Shown one piece after another: positions 1 through 13,360 of a stretch of DNA of 64,000 nt. The DNA lies in the NCBI RefSeq assembly GCF_035594765.1, contig NC_085844.1, positions 34,549,923-34,613,922 on the forward strand. Direction: 5' to 3'. Positions within the stretch are counted from its first letter, which is position 1. Each line of letters starts with the position of its first letter. The notes under the pieces were generated by a model that saw only the letters and a list, made by a program, of their open reading frames with translations, ran no database searches and had not been told where the DNA came from. The DNA is from Anolis carolinensis. Taxonomy: Eukaryota. Made by a program: the position numbers and the translations under genes.

Positions 1-492
1 AGTACTGCTCAGTTATAATCAATATAATTGCTACCCATAATGTCATACCAGAAGAAACCTGTGGTGCTTCAAACTCTTACACTGTAATTAGAAACAACAG
101 CACACTGGGTGGGATTTCTAGATTTGTCTGTGAGACAGCAGATCTGTATGCCTATGTACGTTGCAGAAGTACAATTGGTAATATGTTTCATTGAATCCAA
201 TTGACTTTATACGCAGATAAGAGTATATAGGACTACAGATTGTGTTTTACTAGTTAGACAAATACTTTGGACACAATGTAATATGGAGGCCAATTGATTA
301 AATTGTTAATCTCTATTAAAGCAGTGCTTTTTAAACTACCTGATGTGGGGGATCAGTAGTTTTTCCTCCATGTGTCAGGGACTGATAGCACATTTGTGCT
401 AATTTCCTACAATTATTTCTTTCTTTCCTGGAAACTCTCCAAAGGCCAGCATCAGCCCATAGACTTCCCTTTTCAGTAGCACTGAACTAGAG

Positions 493-628
493 CAATGGTT
501 TTCAACCTGTGGATCCCCCATATGTTTTGGCCTTCAACTCCCAGAAATCCTAACAGCTGGTAAACTGGCTGGGATTTCTGGGAGTTGTAGGCCAAAATAC
601 CTGGAGACCCACAGGTTGAGAACCACTA
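493..628. mobile_element. Short palindromic hAT MITE with SPIN-like TIRs
   Basis: Whole element folds back on itself. 8-bp TSD aactagag/aactacag. Confidence 0.8.
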
Positions 629-1446
629 AACTACAGTTTACCAACTGAATAAATGACATGGACACTTATGTAATTTTTTTTAAAAATCAATGAGTCTACC
701 CTGGTTGAGACATAACAACTTGATTGAACCCAATGAGTAATAGCAGAGAATGTCCCCCCTCCCCCCAGAATTGGGCAGAAAGAAGGAAAGATAACTAAAA
801 ATGTTCATAGCTATATCAAAAAACAGATTAAATTTTGAGTCCGGGTTATCTGAAAAGACAAGATTCTCCCATACAAATTGTGCTGAGGCTTCAAAATCTG
901 TGGAGAGAGAACATTCTCTTTATCTCATCTTTGTCTCTTTAAACTTCTGAGGGATTTGAGAAGATAACACCTTTCTATTCCAGCAGGCTTTGGGCAATTA
1001 TCTAGACATAAAAGACATTTGCTTGCACTGAACATTACCATTGGTGTTACTGATGTAGTTGTTTCGAATAACTTAATTTGTGGAGTAACTTTATAATTGG
1101 TTTAATTGCATTTTCATATTGGTAAGTTAGCTTGCCTTTTAATTAGTTTGTAAGTTGCTTTGGATCTCGGTTCTGAGAGAAAAGAAGAATACAAATCAAA
1201 TCAGCTTACCTTCAAAAACATTGCCAAAATGGCCGCACCATCATTTTTTCTACAAGCATCGAGATAATTGCTATATTTGGAACACCAGTGTACCAACTGA
1301 ATCTGAAACAAGGAAAATACAAATGCTGTCACTTGGCAGGAATGCTAATAATGCATTACTAACATCACACGATAATGTCCTAAGTGGGGAGAAACATTAA
1401 GATAATAAGTGCGTATATAAGTAAATAAATACCTAAATGGACTCAC

Positions 1447-1565
1447 CTCTCCCGCATGCCTTTGCAAATCCACAACATGTTCCGAGCCTTTGTCATCTGT
1501 AGAACCCCAGTGTATGAGCAGCTGACGCAGCCTATAAATATTTGGAAGTGGTCCTCCTCTCAGTA
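1447..1565 (-). CDS. CA3: Carbonic anhydrase 3-like, exon 3 (VLRGGPLPNIYRLRQLLIHWGSTDDKGSEHVVDLQRHAGE); His94 replaced by Leu
   Basis: 119 nt, canonical size. ttgcag acceptor and gtgagt donor, phase-compatible with exon 2. LRGGPL, HWG, GSEH and AGE motifs. Confidence 0.93.
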
Positions 1566-2711
1566 CTGCAATAAAGAGTTTAAATTAGAATCCAAACATC
1601 TCAAAGGATTGTGTGTGTCAAAATAAAAGGCACAACCAGGTGCTTCTTTATTTTATTTATTGGTTACATTATATCCTTCCCTGAGCTCTATGAAAGCCAG
1701 CATGGCATAGGAGTTTGGGTGTTGGACTATGACTCAAGACCAGGGTTCAATTCCCCATTTAGCCATGGAAAACTATTGCGTGACATCTGGAATGTCACAC
1801 AATCTCAGCCCTAGAAAACCCTGTAATAGGTTCATGTTAGAGTGACCATAATAGGTTCACATTAGAGTCACCGTCGGTCATATATGACTTGAAGACACAC
1901 AAGAACAACCTGAGCAATATGGATTTACACATCTCCACATTTATCCATACAGAAAGCTTGTGAGGTAGATGGGGCTGAGTGCAACAGGAACCTAGATCTC
2001 CCAGATTCCAGGCTAACATTACCCCTTCACCACACTTGCACATAGTATAAACACCTTTATTTAAGAGGCAATTATTATTTAAGAGTAAATATGGCTGCTA
2101 TCCACTGCCTTTCATAAAGAAATTATCAGCCAGTATCTGGGTTCTCTAATAGATGACAAGACAAAAGAATCAGGATAGCTGATAGCTCCCATAATAATCC
2201 AGCCTCCATGACCACTACCAAGCCAGCAGGAAGTATATCTTTTCAAAACTCTGCCTGGTAGGCTGCTCAGATAATACTTTGATCGTCTATTCATCTCTTC
2301 TCTTCCCAGGCCTGATACTCCAAGAAGGATTAGATGGCTGGGTCTAGTAATCTCTTCAATGTTCTACAACAATACACTATAAAAATTCAAAATGCTGGCT
2401 CAACTGATCCACCGACAGTCCTACCAGGACATGCTGATGGGCAAGGTAGTCTATCGGTAGTCCTTCAGAGGGTGTTTTGCTGAGCAGCAATTCAAACAGT
2501 GGACTACAAGCAAATAAATCTCCAAAGTAAATAAACTACAGATTATAGGGTTACTTTGCTTCAGGATAAAATAGAACCAGCTATTTGTATATCAGTTGAT
2601 GTTAGTGAAAAGGCAGAGGTATAAGGATAAAGATGAGTGGGAGAAAGAGGCAATGGTATGTGAAAAAGAAGACAAATATAGCCAGGATAACTTGGATGAG
2701 AGAAGAAGATA

Positions 2712-3028
2712 CAGTAGAGTCTCACTTATCCAACACTCGCTTATCCAATGTTCTGGATTATCCAACGCTTTTTTGATGTTTTCAATACATCGTGATATTT
2801 TCGTGCCAAGTTCGTAAATACAGTAATTTCTACATAGAATTACTATGTATTGAACTACTTTTTCTGTCAAATTTGTGGTATAACATCATGTTTTGGTGCT
2901 TAATTTGTAAAAGCATAACCTAATTTGATGTTTAATAGGCTTTTCCTTAATCCCTCCCTATTATCCAACATATTCGCTTATCCAACGTTCTGCCAGCTCG
3001 TTTATGTTGGATAAGTGAGACTCTACTG
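2712..3028. mobile_element. Tc1/mariner-type MITE, copy 1
   Basis: TIR CAGTAGAGTCTCACTTATCCAA, TA TSD. Confidence 0.9.
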
Positions 3029-3391
3029 TAAAAAATTACAAAAGAAAGGGAGGGTGAAAAAGATGAATCCAAATAAATAGGATGAAAAGTAGTGAAAGCA
3101 ACAAGGAAGGAGACAATGGGCAGAGCTACACAGTGGTACAACCTACAAGCATTTCACACCAAGAAAGGAAGCTGTATACAACTGCAACAATTTAGGAGAG
3201 GAGGGAGAAAGCAGCAATCCTACAGCATTCAATCACTCTCAAGGGAGAACTTCTGTTAGAATTTTCACACTTTTTGCTGAGTCCGGGTCTGAAACTTTGA
3301 GGAAAGTTTGGGGAGGGGGGAGTGTGCATGATAAGCCAACAAGTGGGTGCTATGAAGAAATTACAACAGCCCCTTCAATATCATCTGCAGC

Positions 3392-3668
3392 CAGGGCTGT
3401 AGCCAGAAAAAAATTTTGGGAGGGATTTTGAAAATTTGGGGGGGGGGGGTTGAACCTCTGACCCACCCGCCCCACCAGGTTCAGACCTGTCAATATCTGC
3501 TTGAGATAGTGCCTGGAGGGACTCTTAATATTTTACATCTTATAGACTTAGCATGGGGATTTGGTTAACCAGTTAAAATTCATGAGTAAACCAGGTTTTT
3601 TTTTAACCTGAAAATTTGGGGGGGGGGGTTTGAACCCCCTAACCCCCCCCCCCCTCGCTACAGGCCTG
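3392..3668. mobile_element. hAT MITE
   Basis: CAGGGCTGTAGC..GCTACAGGCCTG TIRs, perfect 8-bp TSD tctgcagc. Confidence 0.9.
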
Positions 3669-5591
3669 TCTGCAGCAGCAATGACTGGCAACACACATGA
3701 CATGAACACACTTGTCAGGTCACTTCATTTGCTCTAAGATTCTCTCTTGCCTTGAAAATCAGAGAAACCCTGAGATTTGAGAACCCTAGTTAAAACAGTG
3801 AAAGAGTAATGTTTCTGCAATCTAGATATGGTCCTGGGGAATAACTAGCCAATCAGCTTGATGTCAGTACCAGGAAACATTTGACAAGTGTTAACTAAAA
3901 ATCTGCTTGTGTTTCTCATGATCAAATTCTTTGATCATTATTTCAATCAGATTTCATTTTTTTCTTAGTTCAATTAGTAAAGGGAGAACCTAGATATAAA
4001 ATGTCAAGCATATTTCTAACTATATCCTTTGGATATGTTAAGAACAATTTATGGAGATTGCTGGTAACATGATGGACCTGAAATACAGTTTCTTTTGTCT
4101 TTCTAAAGTGCAAAGATACCAAAATCAGTAAATTTGGGGGAGATGGAGTGTTTCTGAGCTAGGAGAAGATGTATGGATATAAATGCAAGGGATTTCATTT
4201 TGATGTATTGAAAATTAACATGAAAACAATTCAGAGCATTGTATTTATCTTCTAACACACACACACACAGTCCCAAACATCTGGTCCTCTTACAGCTTCT
4301 ATCACTTTGGCCAATGGTCAGAGAATCACTGTTCTAAAGAAACCTACATTTTCTAAACTGACATTCACTTGACATTAAATTTCAGTATTTCTAGGATTAG
4401 GTTGAATCTTTCTCATTGGCGAGTTAAGCTGTGATTCAAATAATTAAAACAGAATCCTTCAGAGAAGTCTAAAATCTTATCAGCTCTGCTGTGAGGTAGG
4501 TTAGACAAAGAAATTGTGACTGACATAAAATAACACATAACTCTTCTGTCATAGGGAAAAACGTTAGCTGTTAAGGCACACAAAGCACCTAACCAGTGGC
4601 ACTGTAGATGTCATTGAAGTGACACAATCCTGCGTTAGAACAATAATAGCTCAAGCTTGTCATCTATGAGTAAATTATATGTCACTATGTGGGTATCAAG
4701 TGAGACTGGGCACTTGCCCAATCTTCACACTCTGCTTATCTATTAATAGAGTCTGCTTCCTAACCTAATGAAGAATCAAAGATAATGACAAGAAAAACAC
4801 TTGTAAAATACAAGTAGACATTTCACAGCACAGGAAAGGGCTTTGACATTTTGCTTTGTTTTCCTTTTCAAAGACCATGAGTACAAAACATAAGCCAACA
4901 CCACAACAGATTAGCTACATACTACTGTTCTTCTCACTAATCGGATGCAAAGAGGGCAAAATGGTTGCCTCTGGAAATGAATCAGAGCCATTACAAAGCA
5001 GAAGTGGAGCATGATACAGAGCTTCCTTCTTTTGTTCTGTATTGAATCACATTGGTCATTGGATCAACACCAGTCACAGGAGACTCTCGCTTACTCTCAG
5101 GATAGCAAGGTTACCTAAGAGGCACAGAGCAATACATGTGGCCCACACAGCTCTGACCCACTTCCAACACCACATCTCTCTTGGGAGATCTTGGGATCTA
5201 GGTTCCTCCTCAACACATTGCAAAACCCCTCCCTCTGTAAAACAGACCTATCATCCTCTTGATAAACAGTAGGTTCAGAGGGATGGTTGATACAGAAAAC
5301 ACTCATTTTGGATCTCTAATTCCACCAAAAGTACAGGTAGATATGACATCTGGGGATCCACCATTAAATAACACTGCCTTTTTAAAAAAAGTTTGGTCAG
5401 TTCTTCAAGGTGGTACAGCTTCTTATACATCACCTGAAAAGAATGCGCTTATCTCCTTTAAATATGCCTTATGTAAATTTAGGAAAAAAAATACTGTATT
5501 AATAAAACAAAAAAGAAATATACATTTAGCTTCCAACCATCTCCATAACCATAACACATAACCCAGAAGTCAACATATTATTCATATCACT

Positions 5592-5864
5592 AGGAGCCCC
5601 CGGTGTCGCAGTAAGTTAAAGCCTTGTGACTTGAAGGTTGGGTTGCTGACCTGAAGGCTGCCAGGTACAAATCCAACCCAGGGAGAGCGTGGATGAGCTC
5701 TATCAGATCCAGCTCCATGCAGGAACATGAGAGAAGCCTTCCACAAGGATGGTAAAAACATCAAAAACATCTGGGCATCCCTGGGCAACATCCTTGCAGA
5801 CGGCCAATTCTCTCACACCAGAAGCGACTTGCCATTCCTTAAGTCGCTCCTAACACACAACAAA
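5592..5864 (+). mobile_element. tRNA-derived SINE (AnolisSINE2/Vingi-partner type), full length
   Basis: A/B-box head. 12-bp TSD attcatatcact at 5580-5591 and 5865-5876. Confidence 0.85.
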
Positions 5865-6973
5865 ATTCATATCACTTTGCAGAAATCTAATTTAAAAAAT
5901 CCAATAACAAAAGTCACCAATGATTTCTCCCTAATCAAAGTTGTTAGTTTGTCCATTTTTGCTATGTCCATCGATTCCAAAAATAAAGCAATGCCACTTT
6001 TTCTAAGCACAAACAACTAGCAATACTGATCAGGCTTTTAGTGCCTGAGAATTTGGAGAGCTGACAGAACAGGCTTGACAAAGATGAAGCTACTGAGAAA
6101 TGTCCTGGCATAGCATTTTACCAGTGAACCTCATTCTTGACCTACAATACCCTGGTTCCACTGTTCTAACCCTAGGTCTCCTGAGATACTAAACCGATCT
6201 TTTATTTGCAGCCTAAAAAGGTAAAGGAGCCCACGTCTCCTGGGATGGAAAGCTAATATAACCCATTGTCCTGTGGCAATCCCAGATGGCCTTTTCTTTG
6301 AACAACATTCAAGTTCTTTGACCTCCAGCAACAGCATGGAATTTCAAAGTTAATGCTACCACACAACTTAAATCCTTCTGTGCTGGAACATGTCAAGTCT
6401 ACTGTCAGTGATTGATATCCAATGTGCTGGAACACCCAAGGATAAAACATGTGTTAAGCACAGGGCAAAAGGCTTAGCTTCGCCTTTCCTTTTGTTGGCA
6501 CAGAGATGCTTGCTCACGCAAAGCACTCTCTCCCTTTGGACTGTGTAATTCTTCTCATTCCAATTGGTATATAGATGCACTCATACAAAAATAAATCACC
6601 ATCACCAGAAAACAATTATGTAAAGATCTCAAAGTCCCATATGAAGAGTGCATACATTCTTGCACATGACAAATAAGGACATGAACACAGAACAAAACAA
6701 AAGGCAAGAGAGGCCCAGCAGCAAAGAGCTAGAATAAAGAATAAAATTCCCACTAGACTAAGTGTTATAACCCAATAAGTATGTTCTGGTGGTTTGTCTT
6801 TTAGCACATATGCCGAAGCTAGGGCACAACAATGATTACAGGTTGACTCTCCCTTTCGCAAAATCCTTGGGATCCAAAGTTTTTCAAACTGTTTTTTCTT
6901 CATATTTTGGAAAACTTCAATTTGCATAAAGTGAATAAGGCGTGGTGGGGAATGGGCTAGTCACACATCTAGC

Positions 6974-7244
6974 CAGGGCTGTAACCAAGGGGGGGGGGGA
7001 GTTAGCGGTTCAACCCCCCCCCCCCCCCAAAAATCAGTTTTTTTAACTTGGTTTACTCATGAATTTTAACTGGTTAACCAAAATCCCCATGAGTGTCAAC
7101 TGAAGTTTATCAATGGATCCTGATTTCTAAATTATTTTGCGTTATGGAACTACTCTTCATGATTCGCTAAAAAAAAGTTTCAACCATCACCACCACCACC
7201 ATCACCACCCCACCCCCCGAATTTTTTTTCTGGCTTTGGCCCTG
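6974..7244. mobile_element. hAT MITE, relative of 3392-3668 in opposite orientation
   Basis: CAGGGC..GCCCTG ends, perfect 8-bp TSD catctagc. Confidence 0.88.
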
Positions 7245-8194
7245 CATCTAGCATCCACTGAGTTTAAGTCAAAGAGCCATGATGCAGAGAGGAGGAGAAC
7301 TCCACTTAAAAGTTATATAAAAAGCAGATGTCTGTGATCCTTTCTCAATTGTCAACTTACATTTCTCCTTTTTAGAAAAGTAGCCAAGAAGTAAAAGGAC
7401 CCTCCAACCCCCCCCCCCCCAAAAAAAACCTTTTTAATTCTGTCTGGGCTGGATACAAGCGACCAATACTTTTACTCCCACTCTGTTTGTAAGGCTCCCG
7501 CCTTGCCCCAACATTTGCAGACACTGGGTGTTTGACTAGCCCCCTTTCCCAGAGGAGGAAATTTGAATATGGCAGCACAACTTTCAGGTTTTGGAGGATT
7601 TAAGATTTCCAGATAAGGGAGAATCAATCTGCCGTAGCACAACAAGAAGAAACATAAATGTAGCCACAGCATTTCAACAACTTCACAAGTAATACCACAA
7701 GGAGATATGCTGTTACAACTATTTAGGATCTGTATACAAAGTCCTAATACTTAAATATTTGAAGCACTTTCAGGAAAATCTGGAAGCAGCTGCATATGAG
7801 AACTCCCTTGAGAACTGCAGCTTCAGAGTGCAATTGAAATGAACAAACAAACATAAAACCCACTTAATTTATGGCTGAGATCAAAGGGACTGAAACTAGA
7901 CATATTCTTCTGAAAAGTCATGTTGCAAACTCTTGTCAAAATTCTAGCCTTCCCTGTCTCTACAGCCATAATGCATTTTGGTGCCTTCCAAAAAAGATTT
8001 TTTTTTCTTATCTGATCCAACTCTGTATATTTTACTATACAAAAGTATTATCCTTATTTATAGGCTAAAAATTGCTAAGTATTCACTTCAGTATCTTTTC
8101 TTCTCAGGGAGAAAAATCAGTTTGAAGGAAAATTACATTGACCAATAAGAATGACTTTAATGTGTATTTTCAGAAACATGTCCTTAGTATTATA

Positions 8195-8502
8195 CAGTAG
8201 AGTCTCACTTATCCAACATAAATGGGCCGGCAGAATGTTGGATAAGCGAATATGTTGGATAAAAAGGAGGGATTAAGGAAAAGCCTATTAAACATCAAAT
8301 TAGGTTACGATTTTACAAATTAAGCACCAAAACATCATGTTATACAACAAATTTGACAGAAAAAGTAGTTCAATACGCAGTAATGTTACGTAGTAATTAC
8401 TGTATTTACGAATTTAGCACCAAAATATCACGATGTATTGAAAACATTTGACTACAACAATGGTTGGATAATCCAGAACGTTGGATAAGTGAGACTCTAC
8501 TG
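8195..8502. mobile_element. Tc1/mariner-type MITE, copy 2 (inverted relative to copy 1)
   Basis: Same TIRs and internal sequence, TA TSD. Confidence 0.9.
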
Positions 8503-9664
8503 TATTAGCAAAATCAAGGAGGTGGAAATAATCTGATGGATTTGCTAGACTGCAAACATACAGCTGAGAATATAATGAGTAAGACGTGACTTTGGCATGT
8601 CTTTTCTCATGCTTATTAATTAGAATATTATGTTTTTTTCTTGAACTCCCACAAAGTACTGTAGGTAAATCCCGCCACATAAAAAGGTAAGATTAAAACC
8701 CCTTCTGTCAATGCATAGTGGTCCTCATCTACCCAACGAGTACAAATAAAAAAAAGTTAATGTATCACAGGGTTTAAGCGTAAAATACTTCAACAATCCA
8801 TCTGTTGGATTGCAGCCTTAAACAACAAATTTCCATAGGAATATGCCTCATTGAACAAAGGGATACTTCTACTGCATCCTAGGGTCTTCTGTGAACAGGA
8901 GTCCTTCCTCTCTATGTTTTAGTATGCAAAAATATTACCAGTCTAATTATATAGTTCTTCATCTCTTAGAAACAACAACCATATACCTGACCAATTTGAG
9001 ATCTACTAACATTAGATCAGCATCACATGCCTATCTGGTGACATTCAAGCTTTAAATAACAAAGACCTTTGTCTGGAAAGTACCCTGTTGGAAACTGTTA
9101 TTATTTACTACATTTCTTGAATGCCTTTTAAAACAAACAAAGAAAAATAAAAAAAAAACCAAAGCAAGTGTTAAAATAAAATACATGACCATAACACAGA
9201 GCAACATCTCCCCTAGCCTAGAACAAATAATAGGTATTAATACTTGGCCCAAAGCACATCTTTTAAAATCAGCATCTTGCCACAAACTCTTCATATCTCC
9301 ACCATTGTGGGAGCTTGATTATAAAATATATGAGCATGTAAATAAAATGTGGAGCTAGTAGATGAGTAAAATATAGCTCCACAAAGGACAATGGGGAGCA
9401 CGAGCAATTTGCTCCTTCATAACACAATAAGAGCCAAATGTTTCTCTCAGTCCTCTAAAAATGGATGAACTGATTTGTAGATATTTTGCACTTGCTGTCA
9501 GTCTTTCATTTTCTTAGAGAAATGCAAAACAGTAACATCACAGACTGTAAAACAGGGACTGTACTAATGGAATAACCATATATAAAGAAAAAGAGGGGAT
9601 TTTAACAACTCGGTGATGTGCTTTTTTACATGGAACCAGGTCACATCCAGATCAATCATGGTTG

Positions 9665-9885
9665 CTCTCAGATGTATGTCTTCAGGTCACCTGTTGACAT
9701 AATGATCCCATGAATTTCCTAGGTTTTTCTTAGGCTAGTAATATTCAGAGTGGGTTTTCCAGTTCCTTCCTATGAAATATAGCCTACAGTACTGCACATT
9801 TATTAGCTGTCTCTTATCCAATTACTAAACAGGGCTGAATGTGCTTAGCACCTAAGATCAGATAGGGTCTGGTGCCTTTACAGTA
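9665..9885 (-). mobile_element. 5S rRNA-derived SINE (5S-Sauria type)
   Basis: 9780-9875 aligns by eye to the reverse complement of 5S rRNA, degenerate. Related copies at ~33125-33285 and the split copy 23190-23253/25691-25820. Confidence 0.75.
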
Positions 9886-10386
9886 TTTATGCATGGGCAC
9901 ACATACATAATTGCCACCCCAAACAATTATATTTTGAGCATCCAACAAATACCGAGTTGAAAACTTTGGTAGCCTTTCCTTCTTCCATTTCTCCTTAGAG
10001 CAGAGGTGGGCAGAGTGCGGCCCTGGAGTTGTACACATCCTACAAAGGTCGTTCTTGACCCTTCAGACTCCCCAAATCAACCTGCTTGGAGAGATGGATG
10101 AGGTAGAGCTTACAAACGATAGTTTTTTTGGTATCTGAAGGCTAGAGCGTTGGTAGGGAAACATTCCAAAGGTCCCTCTCATAGGCCCTACCCACAATAC
10201 TTGAAGGTTACAGCACCAGGACATAGACATTTTAGGAGTCCTTCTCAGAGGGCATGCACATCAAATTTTGACCATTCATAAAATCCTAAAGCTAACAATG
10301 AGTATTTTTTAATAAATGGCATTAGAAAATCTATACCCAGGCTATGCTGGGTCCATGAGCCAGGAATAGATAAAACAGGAACTTAC

Positions 10387-10584
10387 CTGAGCGATCAAAT
10401 GTGTCATCAAATGCAATCCGGCAACCTTTCCCCGTGTTCTTTATGGTCTTAGATGCACCTGGATCATAACCAGTAAACCAAGGCAACAGAATAGGGTCAC
10501 TGTGGACATGCTTGGTAAGGATTGCTACAGGTGATTGATTACTCCCTCCAGCAAACGGATAAGCTTCACGCCAGCGATCCGGAC
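10387..10584 (-). CDS. CA3: Carbonic anhydrase 3-like, exon 2 (GPDRWREAYPFAGGSNQSPVAILTKHVHSDPILLPWFTGYDPGASKTIKNTGKGCRIAFDDTFDRS)
   Basis: 198 nt, the canonical size of this exon in CA1/2/3. tag acceptor and gtaagt donor. QSP motif, plus GK.CR with the CA3-diagnostic K64 and R67. Confidence 0.93.
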
Positions 10585-11847
10585 CTAGGAGGAGGAGCAG
10601 ATCCACAAGGCATGATCTCACAATTCCCTTCACTCTGTTCTTGTAAATAGCTAAGCATATAATTGCTTGCATTAATAGAAAAGCAATTAATATATTATAA
10701 AGGATTACAGTTGTTAAAGGGATCAAGCCCTTTGGTTTGATAACAAAAGGAAAAAAAAACACACGTCTTCAAAGCTCAAGTGCCAGATAACTAAAATCCA
10801 GCTGCTCGTTTTACTCACTGGAAAGGCATTTTATTATTACATTTGTTGTTCCAGGCAACTTAGTTTAGGTTGGGATTTTATCCACAGCCAGTGCAGTGCA
10901 ATACAATGATGAACTGGTTTAACTGCACAAGACACTCAAGGAACAAGGACACTCCAGTATGTTAGAGTGGACCTGTGTCTGCATATCTTTCTGAGATTAG
11001 CACAAGATGGCAGACAACCCAGACAAACACTTGCACAATGAGATTTTGGAGTCTTCCTTACACAACCCAATAAAAAGTGCACGAGTTTCCATAACTAGCC
11101 AAATATGCAAGTGGAAGTCACCAATAAAGTAGTACCATTGCCTTCACAATAACCCTATGGGACAGATTAAATAAGCAGGTTTGGAACCTGGGTCTTCCAC
11201 AAGCTAATCTAACACCAACGCCCCACGCTTGCACTCAGCACATGAGTGTAACATTTAGGTTATCAAGTGAAATTGGGGGACAGGGTTTGATTGAGTAGTA
11301 GAGGGGATTTCAGCAGTACTGCTGTCATGAAATCATTCAGAAAATTCCTCTTCTACATAACCATTCAAAGTACAGCCCTATCCCTTATTTCACCTGAATC
11401 CACTGGGAAAAGAGGATCTTGAAAGCACATACATACCCACATTTTCAAGTGCTCGTTAAATGGCTGGTTTTTTTTGAAAAAAAATATTTTGGGAAAAGCC
11501 CAATCTATTTTAGCCAATGTATATATTCCAATGGCCTCCTTCAGGGATTACATAAAAAGCAAATAAAATAAAAATGAAAAACGATGCCATATAAAGGGGC
11601 AAGGGATCCTAAGAAGTGGGATGAATTTTATGATGCAAAAGAGGGACACCCCCCCCCAAATGAGAGCAGAGAGGACTTCACTCCATAAATGGGAAATTCT
11701 GAGCCTAAATCAAGGGTTTCCCCCCCCCCCCCCCTAATATTTGCCCTGGCAATATGTAAGTGGCAAGTATTAAAAAATATTAGTACTGTATTACTATAAT
11801 AGTATATAGAGTATATATAGTATACAGTGTAGCACCAAAATATGCCT

Positions 11848-11966
11848 ACACACACACACACACACACACGTGTACATACATATATATGAACATTATGCAT
11901 GTACATGTTTTGTGTATGCATGTATGTATGTGTGTGCATCTATCTATCTATCTATCTACACACACA
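11848..11966. repeat. Compound (CA)n/(TA)n/(TATC)n microsatellite
   Basis: Seen directly. Confidence 0.9.
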
Positions 11967-12496
11967 TAAATTATTTGGAAATGTTGCCTTTTTTGAATTG
12001 ATGTTTCCAGAACAGTATCAGCTTTATCTCAGGAAAGTTCTGGGAGCTGCATATATATACATGCTCTGTGTATTCATGCATGGTGGGGTGTTGTGGCCTC
12101 TTCCAGTTCTATGATTCCATGATAGTACATGCCAAAGAAGTGTGACAGCAGGCATTGTTTCACTGCTGTGAATTCTATGTACACCACTCTGAGTCTTGTT
12201 CAAGAAAGATTGCCAGTACTGTAATTAAAATATCTGTCATATCTGCTGTAATGAGTAAAATACAGGTGAAGGCAAGGAAAATTTTGGAACTCTGTAGTAG
12301 TAAACACACACACTTTGCAAGCAGACTATCCCAGTTTCAACACTGTTCAGGAAACCAGCAAGTGGAAGAGATGGAGAAAGAGCCAGACCCTGAAGAGCTG
12401 CTTGACATAGGGAGCTCATCGGCCTGTAGACGTTGGACTCCAATTCACATCAGCCCTGACCAGCCTGGCCTTTAGTAAAGGATGGTAGTAGTTCAA

Positions 12497-12735
12497 TGTG
12501 TTCTCGAAGGCTTTCATGGACAGAATCACAGGGTTGTTGTGTGTTTTTCAGGCTGCATGGCCATGTTCCAGAAGCATTCTCTACTGAGAATGCTCCTCAC
12601 AACCTCAGAGGTATATATACATACCTCACAACCTCTCACAACCTCTGAGGATGCCTGCCATAGATGTGGGCAAAACATCAGGAGAGAATGCTTTTGGAAC
12701 ATGGCCATACAGCCCGGAAAACACACAATAACCCG
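12497..12735. mobile_element. Palindromic Penelope pLTR remnant in intron 1
   Basis: Inverted arms ~12530-12581 and ~12683-12734. Same sequence family as 13655-13750 and 17030-17160. Confidence 0.8.
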
Positions 12736-12999
12736 ATGGTAGTAATTGTTGCTCATCAACATTTGAAGGGAAACATGATAATCAATGAGGAAAAATAGCA
12801 GGCCAGAAGTTGGGAGTTGAAGTCCTAAACACTTGGAGGGCCGAAGTTTGCCCATGCCTGGTCTGGAAACACTCAAGATGCATGAGCCCAGATAAAAAAT
12901 CCAAATCTCTGCCTGCCTCATTTTCCCATCCCAAGCCTTAATTCGCCTTCTCTCCACTCTGGGAGGTCTTGGGAAAGAGGTCCTTTCCGGAGTTCCTTT

Positions 13000-13360
13000 T
13001 GAAGAGGAGCACCGTGCGTTTTAATGCACTGCCTCCTTTTCTCCCCACAGATCTCGAGAGGGAGCTGCAGGTCTGTCCCTGCGACTCACCTTTATCCTTC
13101 CCGTATCCCCACGGCGCGTGGGTCATGGTCTCAGCTCGGGGGCCTTTGGGCTCGGGCTCCTTTCGCCAGCGGGTCGGCACCAGGCTGGCAGCGGACCCGC
13201 GCTGCCCCGGCCATTTATATGGGCGCCCACCCCAGACGCCTTGGGCAGGAACCGGGCGGCAGAGGGGAGGGGGATCGCCCTGTTCCGAGGGGAGGAGCCC
13301 TGCCACGGAGCCCCTCGACGGCCCCGAAACCTCCAAGGTTTCCTCGCAGGTTGCAAAGAG
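13000..13360 (-). promoter_or_regulatory. CpG-island promoter of the CA3-like gene with TATA box (TATAAA 13214-13219), CACCC box (~13228) and GC box (13254-13259)
   Basis: Strongest GC/CpG-rich stretch in the window. TATAAA lies about 90 bp upstream of the ATG. Confidence 0.8.
13090..13126 (-). CDS. CA3: Carbonic anhydrase 3-like, coding exon 1 (MTHAPWGYGKDK-G)
   Basis: gaccATG start. WGY motif typical of the cytosolic CA N-terminus. 37 nt ending in phase 1 at a G|gtgagt donor, inside a CpG island with a TATA box. Confidence 0.9.

Larger units (their letters stand above)
1..13190 (-). other. CA3: CA3-like gene body, 5' part (intron 1 10585-13089, intron 2 1566-10386, intron 3 runs off the window)
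   Basis: Three in-frame spliced exons. No exon 4 (LHLVHWN) found in 1-1446. TSS placed roughly 30 bp downstream of the TATA box by inference. Confidence 0.85.

Noticed and set aside
9780-9880. 5S rRNA gene
   Set aside because: Heavily diverged and fused to a SINE body; it is a 5S-derived SINE head.
10331-10762. 143-aa ORF as a standalone gene
   Set aside because: Only 10387-10584 is exonic (CA exon 2); the rest is intronic read-through.
13211-13222. CCATTTATATGG as a CArG (SRF) box
   Set aside because: It has 8 A/T between CC and GG rather than 6, and is better explained as the TATA box.
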